Below are positions 52,741 through 63,455 of a stretch of DNA of 64,000 bases, piece after piece. The position numbers were made by a program, and so were the translations under genes. Positions within the stretch are counted from its first letter, which is position 1, and each line of letters starts with the position of its first letter. The notes beneath the pieces were generated by a model, which searched no databases, was not told where the DNA came from, and saw only the letters and a program-made list of their open reading frames with translations. Origin of the DNA: Psammoneis japonica (taxonomy: Eukaryota); the NCBI GenBank assembly GCA_008632985.1, contig QPGO01000102.1:62001-126000 (forward strand), written 5' to 3'.

Positions 52741-55700
52741 ATGTCGTCTTCTTCAGTAACCAAAGACGGCCCCTCGCTGGTGGAAGAAGGCCAGAATGCG
52801 CTAATGATGCTTCTCTTTATTCTAGCAGCCGTGTTTTGGCTGATTCAAAGAGAAAAGAATAATACGCTACTCAAAGAGATACAGCTGTTGGAGCAAAAGG
52901 CTCAAATGAATGGAACAAAGAAAAATCAAGAACAGCAACACGCTCGTCTAATAAAGAAAATTGAAACGTTGGAGAACAGAGTTCAAATCAATCACAAGGA
53001 GCATCGGAACGATCTAAAGGTTGTGGTTCAACGCGCAGTTGAAAAAAGTAAACGAGAGCATGAAAAGGAAATAAAAGAGCTCGAATCAAAATGGGAGCAA
53101 GAGAGGCAAGAAGCGCAAGAGCAACACCGAATAAAGGAAAAAGAATTGCAGGAGAAATTATCGCTAGTTAAAGAAGAAGCAGAGCGGAAGTTGCAAAAGC
53201 GAGAGAAAGAATTGATAGAAAAACACGAGCGAAGAGAAAAGGAGTTGCTACAAAAATTGGCTCGCTTTGAGCATGAGGAAGCGTTACGGATGAAACGCAT
53301 AGAGGAAAAGTCAGAAGAATTTCAGACTCCGGTTTCGTCTCGGGAATTCTCCGTGTCGTCAAGCCTGGTCATGTTTGATGCCTTGTCCTCGCCCCAACTA
53401 GAAAAAAACGCTATGAATGTCGAATCAAACGCAATAGCAGCCTGTCAACAAAATGGACATGGAAATGTCACGGCTGACTCGAGACGAAATGTAACAGAAT
53501 TGCGAAACAATGACGTGGTGTACGACAGTGGCAAGAAAGAGCTGTTATCCAAGGCCGGAAGCAAAAGATTTCGCAAGTTATGTCAAACTTCCGCTTTGAA
53601 TTACGCGAACAGTGAGAAACTAGCCAAACCCTTGGTGGCATTAGAAGTTGTTCAGCAATGGAGACGACAAGATCCAGAAGGACGGTTTCTCGAGCTTGAC
53701 AAGTCCGTCAACAAATGGAATGATGTCGGCGACAAACGAGCGTTGGATATAACTAGTCGTCTGCTACGTGACATGTCCTCCGCGAATGGAAATGGCAAGA
53801 AGCAGAGGGATGAGACAAAACCGATAATGGCCAGAGATGAAAGGTGGACAACGAAAAGTGGGGATGCCATTGAAGAGGATAAACCTACCCTTCGAAAGGT
53901 CTCTTATATGGACGCCGACCAATCTAGGTCGGGAACGATTGGATTGAGTTCAAGGAACGGGACTTTGGAAAATAGCAAGTCTGAGAAGATGTCTACTGTG
54001 GTTGAAAGGGCAGCCAAGAAGACATCGAAGTCCAAGAGTTCGAAAAAGAAGAGTCCAATAATTCATTGCCACGCTACGGAAGAACCCTGCCCAACCATCA
54101 CCCAGGTATTGAAGCGACTGAAGGACACGTCCGTTACGAAGCTTTCCTGCCAAGAAACCGTCACAGATGACGATGTTGTGGCCATTTGCGGAGTGCTTCG
54201 CGTCAAGACGTGCTCCCTTGTCTCGCTATCGTTGAGAAGAAACAATTTGACAGCGACGGCAGCGCAAGCTGTGGGAGGATTGTTGGAAGTGAACGAGTCG
54301 ATTCTAGAATTGGACCTTGCGAGCAACAACATTGGGTCCAACGGGATTTTGGCATTGACCGAACCTCTTGCTCTTCACAACAAAACTCTTGTCCGCCTTG
54401 TGTTGGAAGACAACAACTTGTCAGCAAAGTGCGCAACGTCTATTGGTCGCCTGCTTCGACACAACACGACCCTGAAAGAGCTTCGCCTCGGTGGATCGAG
54501 CCTAGTTGGAAGTTATCACTTTGGTCACCATGGGATCAAAGTTATTGCTCCAGACTTGCAGCACAATAGCAGTTTGGAGACGCTAGCTCTTAATCACAAC
54601 AAATTGGGAACGAAGGGTGCCTTATTGCTGGCAACCAAGGTTCTCAATAAGGACAACGCCATAAGCAGTCTTGACTTATCGTGTAACCGCATTGGTCACA
54701 AGGGCACCGAGGCTCTCTCGCAAGTTCTGCTCGATGACAAGGTCATTCGCAGTTTGAGTCTGAAATCGAATGACTTGGAAAGCGCCGGAGCTCACAGTCT
54801 TGTATGCGTCCTGCGGTTCAACTCGACTCTAACATTGTTAAAACTCGGCAACAATAAGATTGGTGACGATGGTGCTGTAGCGCTGGCTGGTGGACTTGAA
54901 TCCAACTCTTCCCTCGAATCAATCTACCTCGACTGGAACGGTATTGGAAACCGAGGTACAGAAGCAATTTCATCGAGTCTAAGGCAAAATAGCGCTCTCA
55001 AGTTTCTGGATTTGAGCGCAAATCAAATTGGGCCTGCTGGTGCAGATAAACTTGCCGATGCTCTTCATTACAACCTTACTTTGAAAGAATTGAATGTCGA
55101 GAGGAACCAGATTGGAGACGATGGCGTCCGCGCTCTTGGAGGTTTGGTCACGTCGTGTCGTGACAGTGTTTTTCAGTCTCTCCACTGGAAGGATAATAAT
55201 CTCTCTGATGGCTGTTTCGAATGGATGAGTCTCAACGTAGTCCAGAACGATAATTCCAACGGAATTGAAGAAGTCGAGACTGAGTCTACTCCGGTTGAAG
55301 GCAATATCAATGGAATCGAAGAAGTTGAGGCTGAAACTATGCCACCATTGGAGAGTATATCGCCATCGAGTTCGGTAACTTCAACGGCATGTCCACTGCC
55401 TATTCAACCAAAGGCTACTGCTACATTTCCCGAAAGCGAGACAAATCAGCCCATTTGGCTCAAGGCAATGCTAAAGGATTTGAAGGAGAATCGAACGGCA
55501 TGTGTTGATTTGACGAAGAAGTCCGGCGTTAACAATGACGTTTTCGTTGAGTTGATGACTGTGCTGTCTGCAAACAAGTCTACCCGAACACTTTATCTAG
55601 GAGCCAACGTGAATAACGTTATGGCGACTGGAATCAGAAGCCTGGCATCAGTTTTAGAAGAAAATTCTTGCTTGGAACGGCTCTACATTTGTGACTGTCA

Positions 55701-56187
55701 AAACGTTGGAGACAAGGGTCTTGCAATGATTGCCGAGGCGCTAAAGAAAAACAAGTGTTTGAAAACTCTTTCGGTCGTTTCCTGTGGTGTTACAGCCGCA
55801 TCCATGGGCGTAGTCGCGGGTATGCTCCGACAAAATAAGACCTTGCAGCGACTCCACTTGTCAAAAAACAGCATTGGCGACGCTGGCATGAAGCTTCTTG
55901 GAGGATGCTTGGAGAAACAAAATTCCACCTTGAAATCGCTTGCGGTAGCCTACAATGGTATTACCGACCAGGGTTTGACCCATGTCATGCGCGCTTCGCA
56001 AGTCACGGAGTTGCGTTTGGACGGCAACGAAATTACCGATGAAGGAGCGAGGCAATGGTCCAATGCTGCTTCAGGTAAAGGCCCGTGCCAGTATGGGTTT
56101 GTAGGATTGGCTGGTAATAAAATTTCGGCTGAGGGCAAAAACGCGTTAAGATGGTGTTTGCCCGATAGTGCCAAGCTTATGATCTGA
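52741..56187 (+). CDS. Membrane-anchored coiled-coil + DUF6824-type + RNI-like leucine-rich-repeat protein (1148 aa)
   Basis: N-terminal TM (LMMLLFILAAVFWLI), E/K/Q coiled coil, NNDVVYDSG...GSKRFRKL...PEGRFLE...WNDVGD, two blocks of LxxLxLxxNxIGxxG repeats; uninterrupted ORF. Confidence 0.88.
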   Translation: MSSSSVTKDGPSLVEEGQNALMMLLFILAAVFWLIQREKNNTLLKEIQLLEQKAQMNGTKKNQEQQHARLIKKIETLENRVQINHKEHRNDLKVVVQRAVEKSKREHEKEIKELESKWEQERQEAQEQHRIKEKELQEKLSLVKEEAERKLQKREKELIEKHERREKELLQKLARFEHEEALRMKRIEEKSEEFQTPVSSREFSVSSSLVMFDALSSPQLEKNAMNVESNAIAACQQNGHGNVTADSRRNVTELRNNDVVYDSGKKELLSKAGSKRFRKLCQTSALNYANSEKLAKPLVALEVVQQWRRQDPEGRFLELDKSVNKWNDVGDKRALDITSRLLRDMSSANGNGKKQRDETKPIMARDERWTTKSGDAIEEDKPTLRKVSYMDADQSRSGTIGLSSRNGTLENSKSEKMSTVVERAAKKTSKSKSSKKKSPIIHCHATEEPCPTITQVLKRLKDTSVTKLSCQETVTDDDVVAICGVLRVKTCSLVSLSLRRNNLTATAAQAVGGLLEVNESILELDLASNNIGSNGILALTEPLALHNKTLVRLVLEDNNLSAKCATSIGRLLRHNTTLKELRLGGSSLVGSYHFGHHGIKVIAPDLQHNSSLETLALNHNKLGTKGALLLATKVLNKDNAISSLDLSCNRIGHKGTEALSQVLLDDKVIRSLSLKSNDLESAGAHSLVCVLRFNSTLTLLKLGNNKIGDDGAVALAGGLESNSSLESIYLDWNGIGNRGTEAISSSLRQNSALKFLDLSANQIGPAGADKLADALHYNLTLKELNVERNQIGDDGVRALGGLVTSCRDSVFQSLHWKDNNLSDGCFEWMSLNVVQNDNSNGIEEVETESTPVEGNINGIEEVEAETMPPLESISPSSSVTSTACPLPIQPKATATFPESETNQPIWLKAMLKDLKENRTACVDLTKKSGVNNDVFVELMTVLSANKSTRTLYLGANVNNVMATGIRSLASVLEENSCLERLYICDCQNVGDKGLAMIAEALKKNKCLKTLSVVSCGVTAASMGVVAGMLRQNKTLQRLHLSKNSIGDAGMKLLGGCLEKQNSTLKSLAVAYNGITDQGLTHVMRASQVTELRLDGNEITDEGARQWSNAASGKGPCQYGFVGLAGNKISAEGKNALRWCLPDSAKLMI

Positions 56188-56262
56188 TCCACGCTTGATA
56201 CCAAGAGTGTCGAGCGATGTCGCAATAACTTTTAAATGCTAAATATACATACATGATCAAAT

Positions 56263-57533
56263 CTACCTGCTGCTTGTTTTTCTTGCCTTAAATTCCTTTG
56301 CTTCCTTCTCTGCCAAATACTGAGCATACTGCACTTCCCACGACAACTCTTCATCCTTTTTCTTGCCTTGAGAATCTAGCGCCATCCTCTCGCATCCTTT
56401 TCAACTAAATAGGCATGGTACTGCTCCTCCCAGGACGACGACTCCTTGGGTCGGTGAGCAGGACTATGAAGGAAGGGGGAGAGCGACAAGGACATGCGAT
56501 TGTGAGTCTTTCCATTCTATAGTAGAACTAACGGTTTCTAACATTCAAGAAGAAGTACAGTACTCACTCACGCTTCCCAAATTTGTTGGACACCCTCGTA
56601 CGGAGGCATTTGAACCTTGTACTTTTCTGCCAGAGCGGGCGGTAAGAACCGTCCTCCCACAAAGTGTCGTCCCGTAAACGACTTGGCTGCCAATTTGGGT
56701 GCCGTCAAACTAATCAACATTTCCGGTGCAAAGCCCGTCTTTTCGGTGTCGCCGTCATTGACGTTCCATCCCGAGGGAATGTCGACACTGAGAATGGGTA
56801 CGCCGTGGTCTTTTTGAGCCGCCATCATGTCGGACAAGATGGTGGCAAAGGGTTCTCTGGGAGTCCCTTGAAAAGAGAAACCAAAAATGGCATCCACCAT
56901 GATGCTGTAGGAACTCAAATCTTCGGGCATTTCTGTAACAATTTCAATACCCACGTCTTCACATTGTTGTACTAGATTGGCATAATGCGGTTGTTTGGAG
57001 GACTGCTTGGGATAAACCACGGTTGCATCGCATCCAAACATGACCAAGTGGCGAGCTGCCACCAATCCATCTCCACCGTTGTTTCCTGGTCCACAAACCA
57101 CCAAGACGCTGCATGGCTTTGTCTGTCCCTCAAGGGCAGCATAAACGGCTTGGGCGACAGACAAGCCTGCTAGTTCCATAAGTTGCTCCAACGTGAAACC
57201 CGGTGTAGACATGAGTTCCACGTCGAGAGCCGCAGCGTCCTCGGCGTTGAGGTATCTAGTCACTAAATCATTGGTGCTTGTAGATTGTGATGACGATGAA
57301 GTAGTCATTTTGCGGCTCGTTGTTGTTTGTACCACAGACGAGTCAGCACAAGCCAGAGAAGCAAATTTGTTGTTGTGGTTGGTGTCGAGTGCTGTCGCGA
57401 GCGATAGGCACGTAGCAAGGCCTACAGTAGACCAAGAACAACGTAGAGAAGAAGAAGGACAAAGACGATGTCGAGGAGATTTAGTTCGACACACGGAGAG
57501 AAACGAAGCAAGAGGACGTCCAAAAGATACCAT
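56263..57533 (-). CDS. NAXE: NAD(P)H-hydrate epimerase (YjeF_N) with N-terminal presequence and a spliced C-terminal extension
   Basis: LEQLMELAGLSVA, VCGPGNNGGDGLVAARHL, VDAIFGFSF, SVDIPSGW, LISLTAPK. Donor GTGAGT at 56571 and acceptor at 56464 give a second exon ending at TAG 56263 (needs one extra base near 56390). Confidence 0.9.
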
Positions 57534-57616
57534 GGTCGATGAGAAATGAGAAGGCGAAGAGTCCAGAGTGATTTTTCGTTGGCGTAGACCCTACCTACAG
57601 TACTACTACTACTGTA

Positions 57617-58650
57617 TCGCGAGATTTCCAGTGCGTCCGTGCGGCGCACGCCATTTCTTCCATCATCTCCATGTTGTGTGTCCCCAAATCACATGATGAA
57701 GATGCTGCTGAGAGGAGAAGAGCCAAGGCATCTCCAGCCAGCTGCTGACCAAAGAATCTTGTTTAGAATTTGCACTGAAAGAGCCTCTGTCAAGAATCAG
57801 CTTGTTTGGAGCTTTTGGCGAGTGCTGGACAGGCTTGAGGGTCAGCTCAATTGGAAAAATTGAGCTGGCAATGCCCCCAAAAGTCCGCTGACAGGTGGAC
57901 TTTCTTCAGCCAGTGGCTGGTTGGAGACATCCCCTGTGTGCTGTGTTGTGTGTTTGGTGTTTGTTGCTATGCTTTTTTCTTGTTTTCTTTTGTGCATCTG
58001 TCTGTCGTCTGTCAACCTTCGAAGGATGGGCCCACCATGTGCTGCCACCGTGCATGCAACCACATCTGTCCACGTCTGTGCGGTGAATTTCCATCACGTG
58101 GCACACCTGCACAATCTCACAAGCAAGAGGGCAAGAGTGTCTTTGCCAACACCACATGCACACACCACTCACCACTGAGTTCACAACTCTTCATGGGGTG
58201 CTGCGTGCCACCCGCCGTGCCCATGACAAACCCCACAAATCACACAGAATGCAGGCAGTGAGTGAATCATCAGAGTTGGCATTAAAAAATTGACTTCAAG
58301 TCATGCTTGAATGTGTGCTCATTTGTCCTTGTCAGCATCCACCATGCTGGCACTCAAATCTTCTGCTTGCTTTTGAGCAAGACAGCCTCATTGTTGCTCT
58401 CCTTGGCAGCCTCCACGGCAGCACAATTTCAATGTCACTCCTGCAAGCTGGGTGTTTGCAATCCAGGAATCAAATGCCCAATTCATCCAGAATTGGAGCA
58501 GCCTGAGCCACAATGCAAAAGACATCAAAGATCTGTTGGTGTGCAGAATTGCACAGGATTACATGGTGCCGTGTGTTGTGGAATGAGCATGTGTTGTGGA
58601 GAAAGTGCGGAAATCTTTTGCAGCACTCAAAGCATAAAAACAGAGTTGAT
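57617..58650. other. TpA-depleted hypermutated island 5
   Basis: About five TA in ~1 kb, four in TTA/TAA context; TG/CA-rich; sits between NAXE and the ankyrin-TIR gene. Confidence 0.75.
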
Positions 58651-58895
58651 TTTACGCGACCGTAACCTCCGATTTCCCACATCGGTTTGTCAAGGGGTCG
58701 AACTCCACCCCGGCGGTCGCGCACTGACCTTGTTCCTATGCCAATGCCAAAACCACAAGCGGAAGAATCCCTCCATTCTTCATCCGATGACGATGGCCAC
58801 TCGACAGAAACAGACAGCCATCTAAGTTTTGGCAAGATTAAGAATTTAGAATTTCATTATAAAAAAGAGGACGGCGAATTTAATGAAATGTAGCA

Positions 58896-61406
58896 CTATG
58901 GTGAAGGATGCTCCGATTTGTTGTCACGGTAGAACTGCCGCAGGTCACTTGGAACGAAATGTGACAGTTCCATCTTTCGATCAATGTAGGACAATAGATG
59001 CTGTTTCAATTTGAATTCCGAAATCCGCGCAAAACCCAAGACGTCACAGAGTTTAGGCCACAGAGTGTGAATCATGAATGTTGGGGCATAGTGGGTGTCA
59101 CTTGAAACCCGGATGATATTCTTCAAGTCCTGATGGTAGTCGTCGAGATTATCCAACCGCCAGAGTGCCGGTAACAAACAAAAGTCGTGGTCCAAGTAAG
59201 GCACCTCCTCGTGGACTCGATGTGGTTGCTTTGTCGCGCGGTAACGATTCATGAACGTATTCAACTCCATCACACAGAATTCACGCATAATGAAGGTCGG
59301 TGAAAGAATCACGAGAGCGTGCGTGCACTTGTAGGCTGGGGGTACGAGGGCTTCTAGTTTGGAGGATCCCCAGATGGCACTTTCATCATCCAAGAACACA
59401 TAATTAACGTTCAAGCAACGTTCAAGGAACCACTTCGTGGGTCTCGCGATGTCATCTTTTACTCCATCCTGTCCTGTATGAGCCACGTATACATACGTCT
59501 CCTTACACATGGGCCACTGCTCCATGGGATTCGCAATATGAGGAAGCTTCAAATGGCCCACGAAACGTCGTGTTCCGTCCTTGGACCGGCAGAGAGTATC
59601 GACGCCGCCGGAGTAGGCCCCTTTTCCGTTGTTGTTGATGCTGCCGTGTACAACTATGCTGCCGTCTCTGATTCCCTCTTCGTTGTTTGGCGCGAGGGTT
59701 AGTTGAAGTGGCGGTGCCGTTTGGTCACTAGCATGGTTCAGTAGTTCAAAGTCACTTTCCTCTTTGATCCGTCGTTCCAATGTTTCCTTTTGTCGTAGCA
59801 ATTCTCGTCGATTCTCGAGGGAAATCTGTAGATCAAGCAATTGATTGTTCAAGTCATCCAATTGTGCTTGCATTGCCATTATTGATACATACTTGTCAGG
59901 AAAAGAAGAGCACAATCCCTCAAAAGCTTTGATGCGCTTCTCTGCATTAACAGCTGCATCACACTCCGCCAATGTAGCGTTTGGTCGACTTCCCGTCACC
60001 ACAAGACTTCGTAGGCGAGACATTTCAGCATCGATCCCTGCTCGCAATGGATAATGTTTCGCCAGATACGTCAACTTTGTTTCTTGTCGCGCCAAGTGTT
60101 CGACAACTGAAACCAACCCGGCCTCATTGCTCCGCTGGCTACGAACCATATCCAATGGAGTGTTGCCTCCATGGTTGGTTGAAAAGACGTCGGCTCCAGA
60201 TTCCAGCATATGTTTGACAACGTCCAAAGACTCTGCGCATGCCCCATGGTGCAAGGCGGTTAAACCTTTTTTGTCTCTGGAATCAATGTTGGCTCCTTTC
60301 TCCGATAAGATCCGAACCATTCCCAGGTGACCACGATGAGCAGCCATATGCATTGGCGTTTCACCACCTCTCGTATCTTTGGCATTGACGTCGGCGCCAC
60401 TTTCGAGTAAGCACTTGACCATATCCAAGGCCCCTTCCGCGACAGCCAGGTGTAATGGCATTCTGCCTATCTTGTTTCGCGCATTGATGTTGGCGCCATT
60501 TTCCAGTAAACACCAAATGACTTGGGTATTCCTTTCTCGATCATTGATATCACTCTTCGTATCACTATTTGGCCGAGCCGGCAGAGTTGGCGTAGAAAAA
60601 AGGGGGCGAGATGTTTGTGGATTGCGTATCTTGGCAGGTTTAAGGTCCTTTTCGGGTTTTCCAAGAAGTGCAGCATGGTGAAGTGGGGTGTTACCTTCCT
60701 TGTCCGGCGAATTCGGCTCGGCTCCTTTGTCGAATAGATGCCGAAGCATGTCCAAACTCCGATGTTTGACTGCCTCGTGCAACAAGGAATTTTGCTTTTG
60801 ATTCAGGGCGTTCGCATTCGCTCCTCTCTCCAGTACATATTGAACAATATCCACATTTCCACGGGACGCTGCCCAATGTGACACTGTATCTCCATTACCG
60901 TTTCGAGCATCGATATTGGCAGCCCGCTTGTCGAGTATAAGCTGAACAATGTCCATCTTCCCATGAGATGCTGCCCAGTGCAACAGGGTCTCTCCTTTTT
61001 GGTTCATCATTGAAGCATCCGCTCCACTGTCCAGCAAACAGCAAAGCGCCTCGACGTTCCTCTTCTCAGCAGCCTTGTGCAATGGGGTTTCGCCGGTGCT
61101 GTCCTTGGGGTTGACATTGATGCCGCCCTGTTTCAACAGAAACTGCATCACGATCATGTCGCCGCGAAATGCCGCAGAGTGCAAGGCCGTCCATCGAGAA
61201 GCACCGGATGCGGCATTAACATCAGCTCCCTGTTGCAGCAAATACTCCACTACGCACAGTTTGCCATTGTTGGCTGCTTTGACCAGGGGCGTCGCGCCCT
61301 TGGATCGACTTGTCGCACGAATCAGGGCAGGCTGTTTCTCGACGAGTTGTTGCACCCTTTTCATATCGCCCGCCTTGGCGGCAACAAAGATATTGGCGCC
61401 CAGCAT
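58896..61406 (-). CDS. Ankyrin-repeat + coiled-coil + C-terminal TIR-like domain protein
   Basis: About 11 ankyrin repeats (GETPLHKAA, GNTPLHHAA, GRMPLHLAV...), heptad region, then YVYVAHTGQD...VFLDDESAIWG...HALVILSPTFIMREFCVMEL...LLPALW, matching the TIR strand/helix pattern. Confidence 0.85.
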   Translation of the reverse strand: MLGANIFVAAKAGDMKRVQQLVEKQPALIRATSRSKGATPLVKAANNGKLCVVEYLLQQGADVNAASGASRWTALHSAAFRGDMIVMQFLLKQGGINVNPKDSTGETPLHKAAEKRNVEALCCLLDSGADASMMNQKGETLLHWAASHGKMDIVQLILDKRAANIDARNGNGDTVSHWAASRGNVDIVQYVLERGANANALNQKQNSLLHEAVKHRSLDMLRHLFDKGAEPNSPDKEGNTPLHHAALLGKPEKDLKPAKIRNPQTSRPLFSTPTLPARPNSDTKSDINDRERNTQVIWCLLENGANINARNKIGRMPLHLAVAEGALDMVKCLLESGADVNAKDTRGGETPMHMAAHRGHLGMVRILSEKGANIDSRDKKGLTALHHGACAESLDVVKHMLESGADVFSTNHGGNTPLDMVRSQRSNEAGLVSVVEHLARQETKLTYLAKHYPLRAGIDAEMSRLRSLVVTGSRPNATLAECDAAVNAEKRIKAFEGLCSSFPDKYVSIMAMQAQLDDLNNQLLDLQISLENRRELLRQKETLERRIKEESDFELLNHASDQTAPPLQLTLAPNNEEGIRDGSIVVHGSINNNGKGAYSGGVDTLCRSKDGTRRFVGHLKLPHIANPMEQWPMCKETYVYVAHTGQDGVKDDIARPTKWFLERCLNVNYVFLDDESAIWGSSKLEALVPPAYKCTHALVILSPTFIMREFCVMELNTFMNRYRATKQPHRVHEEVPYLDHDFCLLPALWRLDNLDDYHQDLKNIIRVSSDTHYAPTFMIHTLWPKLCDVLGFARISEFKLKQHLLSYIDRKMELSHFVPSDLRQFYRDNKSEHPSP

Positions 61407-61759
61407 TCCTTTTACATACCGGTACAATCACCGCACTCCAAAACTCCCAACACTGCATCGGATGCGATGCCTTTGTTGATAAGGCCGGCTATCCAGCAGT
61501 TCCTCTCAGCCAGATAGAAGAAGAAGAGAAAAGGAAAGGAAGGAAAAAATAAACATTAATGAAGGTTTGAAAGGGTGCGCTGCAGTGCCGTAGTGCGTAC
61601 AGTAGTGAAGACGGACGTAGACAGGTGCAGACGCGCTACGTGGAATTTGGTGCGAAGTGTCATACGTTTACGTGCGCAGAAGGATGTGGATCGCCAACGG
61701 CTGGAATAAAGCAGCACACCACACAGCAGTGAGTGCAGCTCTGTCATCACGGCGCTAGA

Positions 61760-63218
61760 ATGGCGGAGGACAACATCGTTGCGTCTGGCAAAGCAGAGGA
61801 TGTAGCAGCTCCGGAAGTCATGGCAGAACTCACGGGCGCCGAAGGCGTGGCGGCAGCTGCCATGACTGCACTTGGCGCCGAGGGAAGTGCCGAGGGTGTG
61901 TCCGTCGAGTCCGAACGCGCAAGGATGTCGGAGAAGCTGGCGCAGTCCCAAACTGAAAAGAGTGAGAAAGCCGTGCCGCCGGAGCCAACCTTTCAAATTT
62001 GTGGTTGGAATGAAGCACAGCAGCTGGGTTGCACCGCCGAGCAGCTCCTTGGGGCCGGTTGCAAGATCGAGTTGGTGGGTGATCAGGCCACCTTTGTGAA
62101 ACCGGAGGTCCTGCCTTTTTGCAGCGGCAAAAGCGAGGAGGCAGCCAAGCCCGCGGCCAAAGTGGTTGCGAAAGCAACGGCGGAAGAGGAAGAAGAAGGA
62201 AAGCAATTTCCGGACCCCAACGATCCGTCATTCGACTTGTGGGACTGGGTGTTGCGGCACGAAAAATCCGATAAATTCCAGGAGTCCATGTGCCTGATGA
62301 AGGATGCGCCGAACAATCCCAACCTCTGGTTCCCCGCACTGGGAGAACTGGGGTGCATCAGGAGCGACCCTGAAGCCGTCGCGAATGCTCACAGCAAACA
62401 CTGCAAGTGGGTGTGGAGGTGCCGCACGGAAGTCGGCGAGAGGGGCATCCCAGACTCGACGCCGAAGAGCAACAAAGTGTTCAAGACCGCCATCGAGGCT
62501 TTCGAAGCGGGGTGGTTGCTCGCACTGGTCTGTCTCGTGAAGAGAGCAAGTGCAGAAGTGTGCACATTTGGATGAGGCGCCGCGTCACTTAACCTGCGTT
62601 GTTTTGCCTCGAAAAGTCCGTTCGCTCCGCAGGCCCCAAGGAGGTGGAGGTGGGCGAGCTGCGCGTGTCACAACGGAGGGGCGCAGGCATTGGTTTTTTT
62701 GCCTTGTGCCAGTTCCAGAAAGGCAGCACGGTTGGAATCTACGTGGGCCCCAGGGTGCCCGGTACGACGAGGAGCCACTCGTGGTGCGACCACGACAGCA
62801 AGTTTGGAGAAGACCACAGCGTGTGCTGCTCCACCATCCGTGACAGCGAGGGCCACTGTGTCACAGTGGAGCCAAAACGCTTGATTTTAGTGGTCCAGGG
62901 AACAAGAGTTCCCATCCACTCTACCTCAGAATGCACTGCGTGAACGATGCCACCGAGTCGTTCAAGGACAAGAAGAAGATCAAGGCAAGCCAACACACGG
63001 ACAACAACTGCAAGTTCTACAACGACGGGTGCTTGGCAGTCACGAAGCGAATCATGCCCGGGGAGGAATTTCTCTGCAGATGCAACTTGGACGAATCGGA
63101 GAAGAAGAAGAAGAAGAGGAAGGCGACGTCGGGTGCCATGAATCGGAAGAAGAAATCGTGTCTACTCCCCAAGTCGGGGGGGAGAAGCTCTACGTCTGGC
63201 AAAATGTCTGCCATGTAG
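61760..63218 (+). pseudogene. Degenerate SET-domain protein gene
   Basis: ELRVSQRRGAGIGFFALCQFQKGSTVGIYVG (SET-N), MHCVNDA...NNCKF...LAVTKRIMPGEEFLCRCN (SET-C; the GEEL.xxY Tyr is replaced by Cys). Stop or frame breaks near 62575 and 62900. Confidence 0.7.
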
Positions 63219-63328
63219 TGTGCTCTGTAAATTAGCAGCACAGTGTGTTGGTGTTTTTCAGCGAAACTGTGGCATTGGTTGGAAAGGCGTGGCCCCAATT
63301 GTGGTTCGAAAAATGGGAACGAGGAAGA

Positions 63329-63455
63329 ACAGAAAGTCGGTAAATTTACGCAAATCCAGCAAATTAGCAGGTGCCTGCACAGTCGCCTGAGCACAGAAAG
63401 TCAGTAAATTTACGCAAATTTAGCAAGTTATTTTGCACCATCACAGTCGCCTGAG
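63329..63455. repeat. Two 64-bp tandem copies, each containing the palindrome GTAAATTTAC
   Basis: ACAGAAAGTC(G/A)GTAAATTTACGCAAAT at 63329 and 63393; CACAGTCGCCTGAG at 63378 and 63442. Confidence 0.85.

Noticed and set aside
50410..61406. Functional cluster of OGG1, NAXE and the TIR protein linked to the hypermutation or to NAD metabolism
   Set aside because: Neighbourhood in a eukaryotic genome is weak evidence, and 8-oxoG gives G->T transversions, not the transitions seen.
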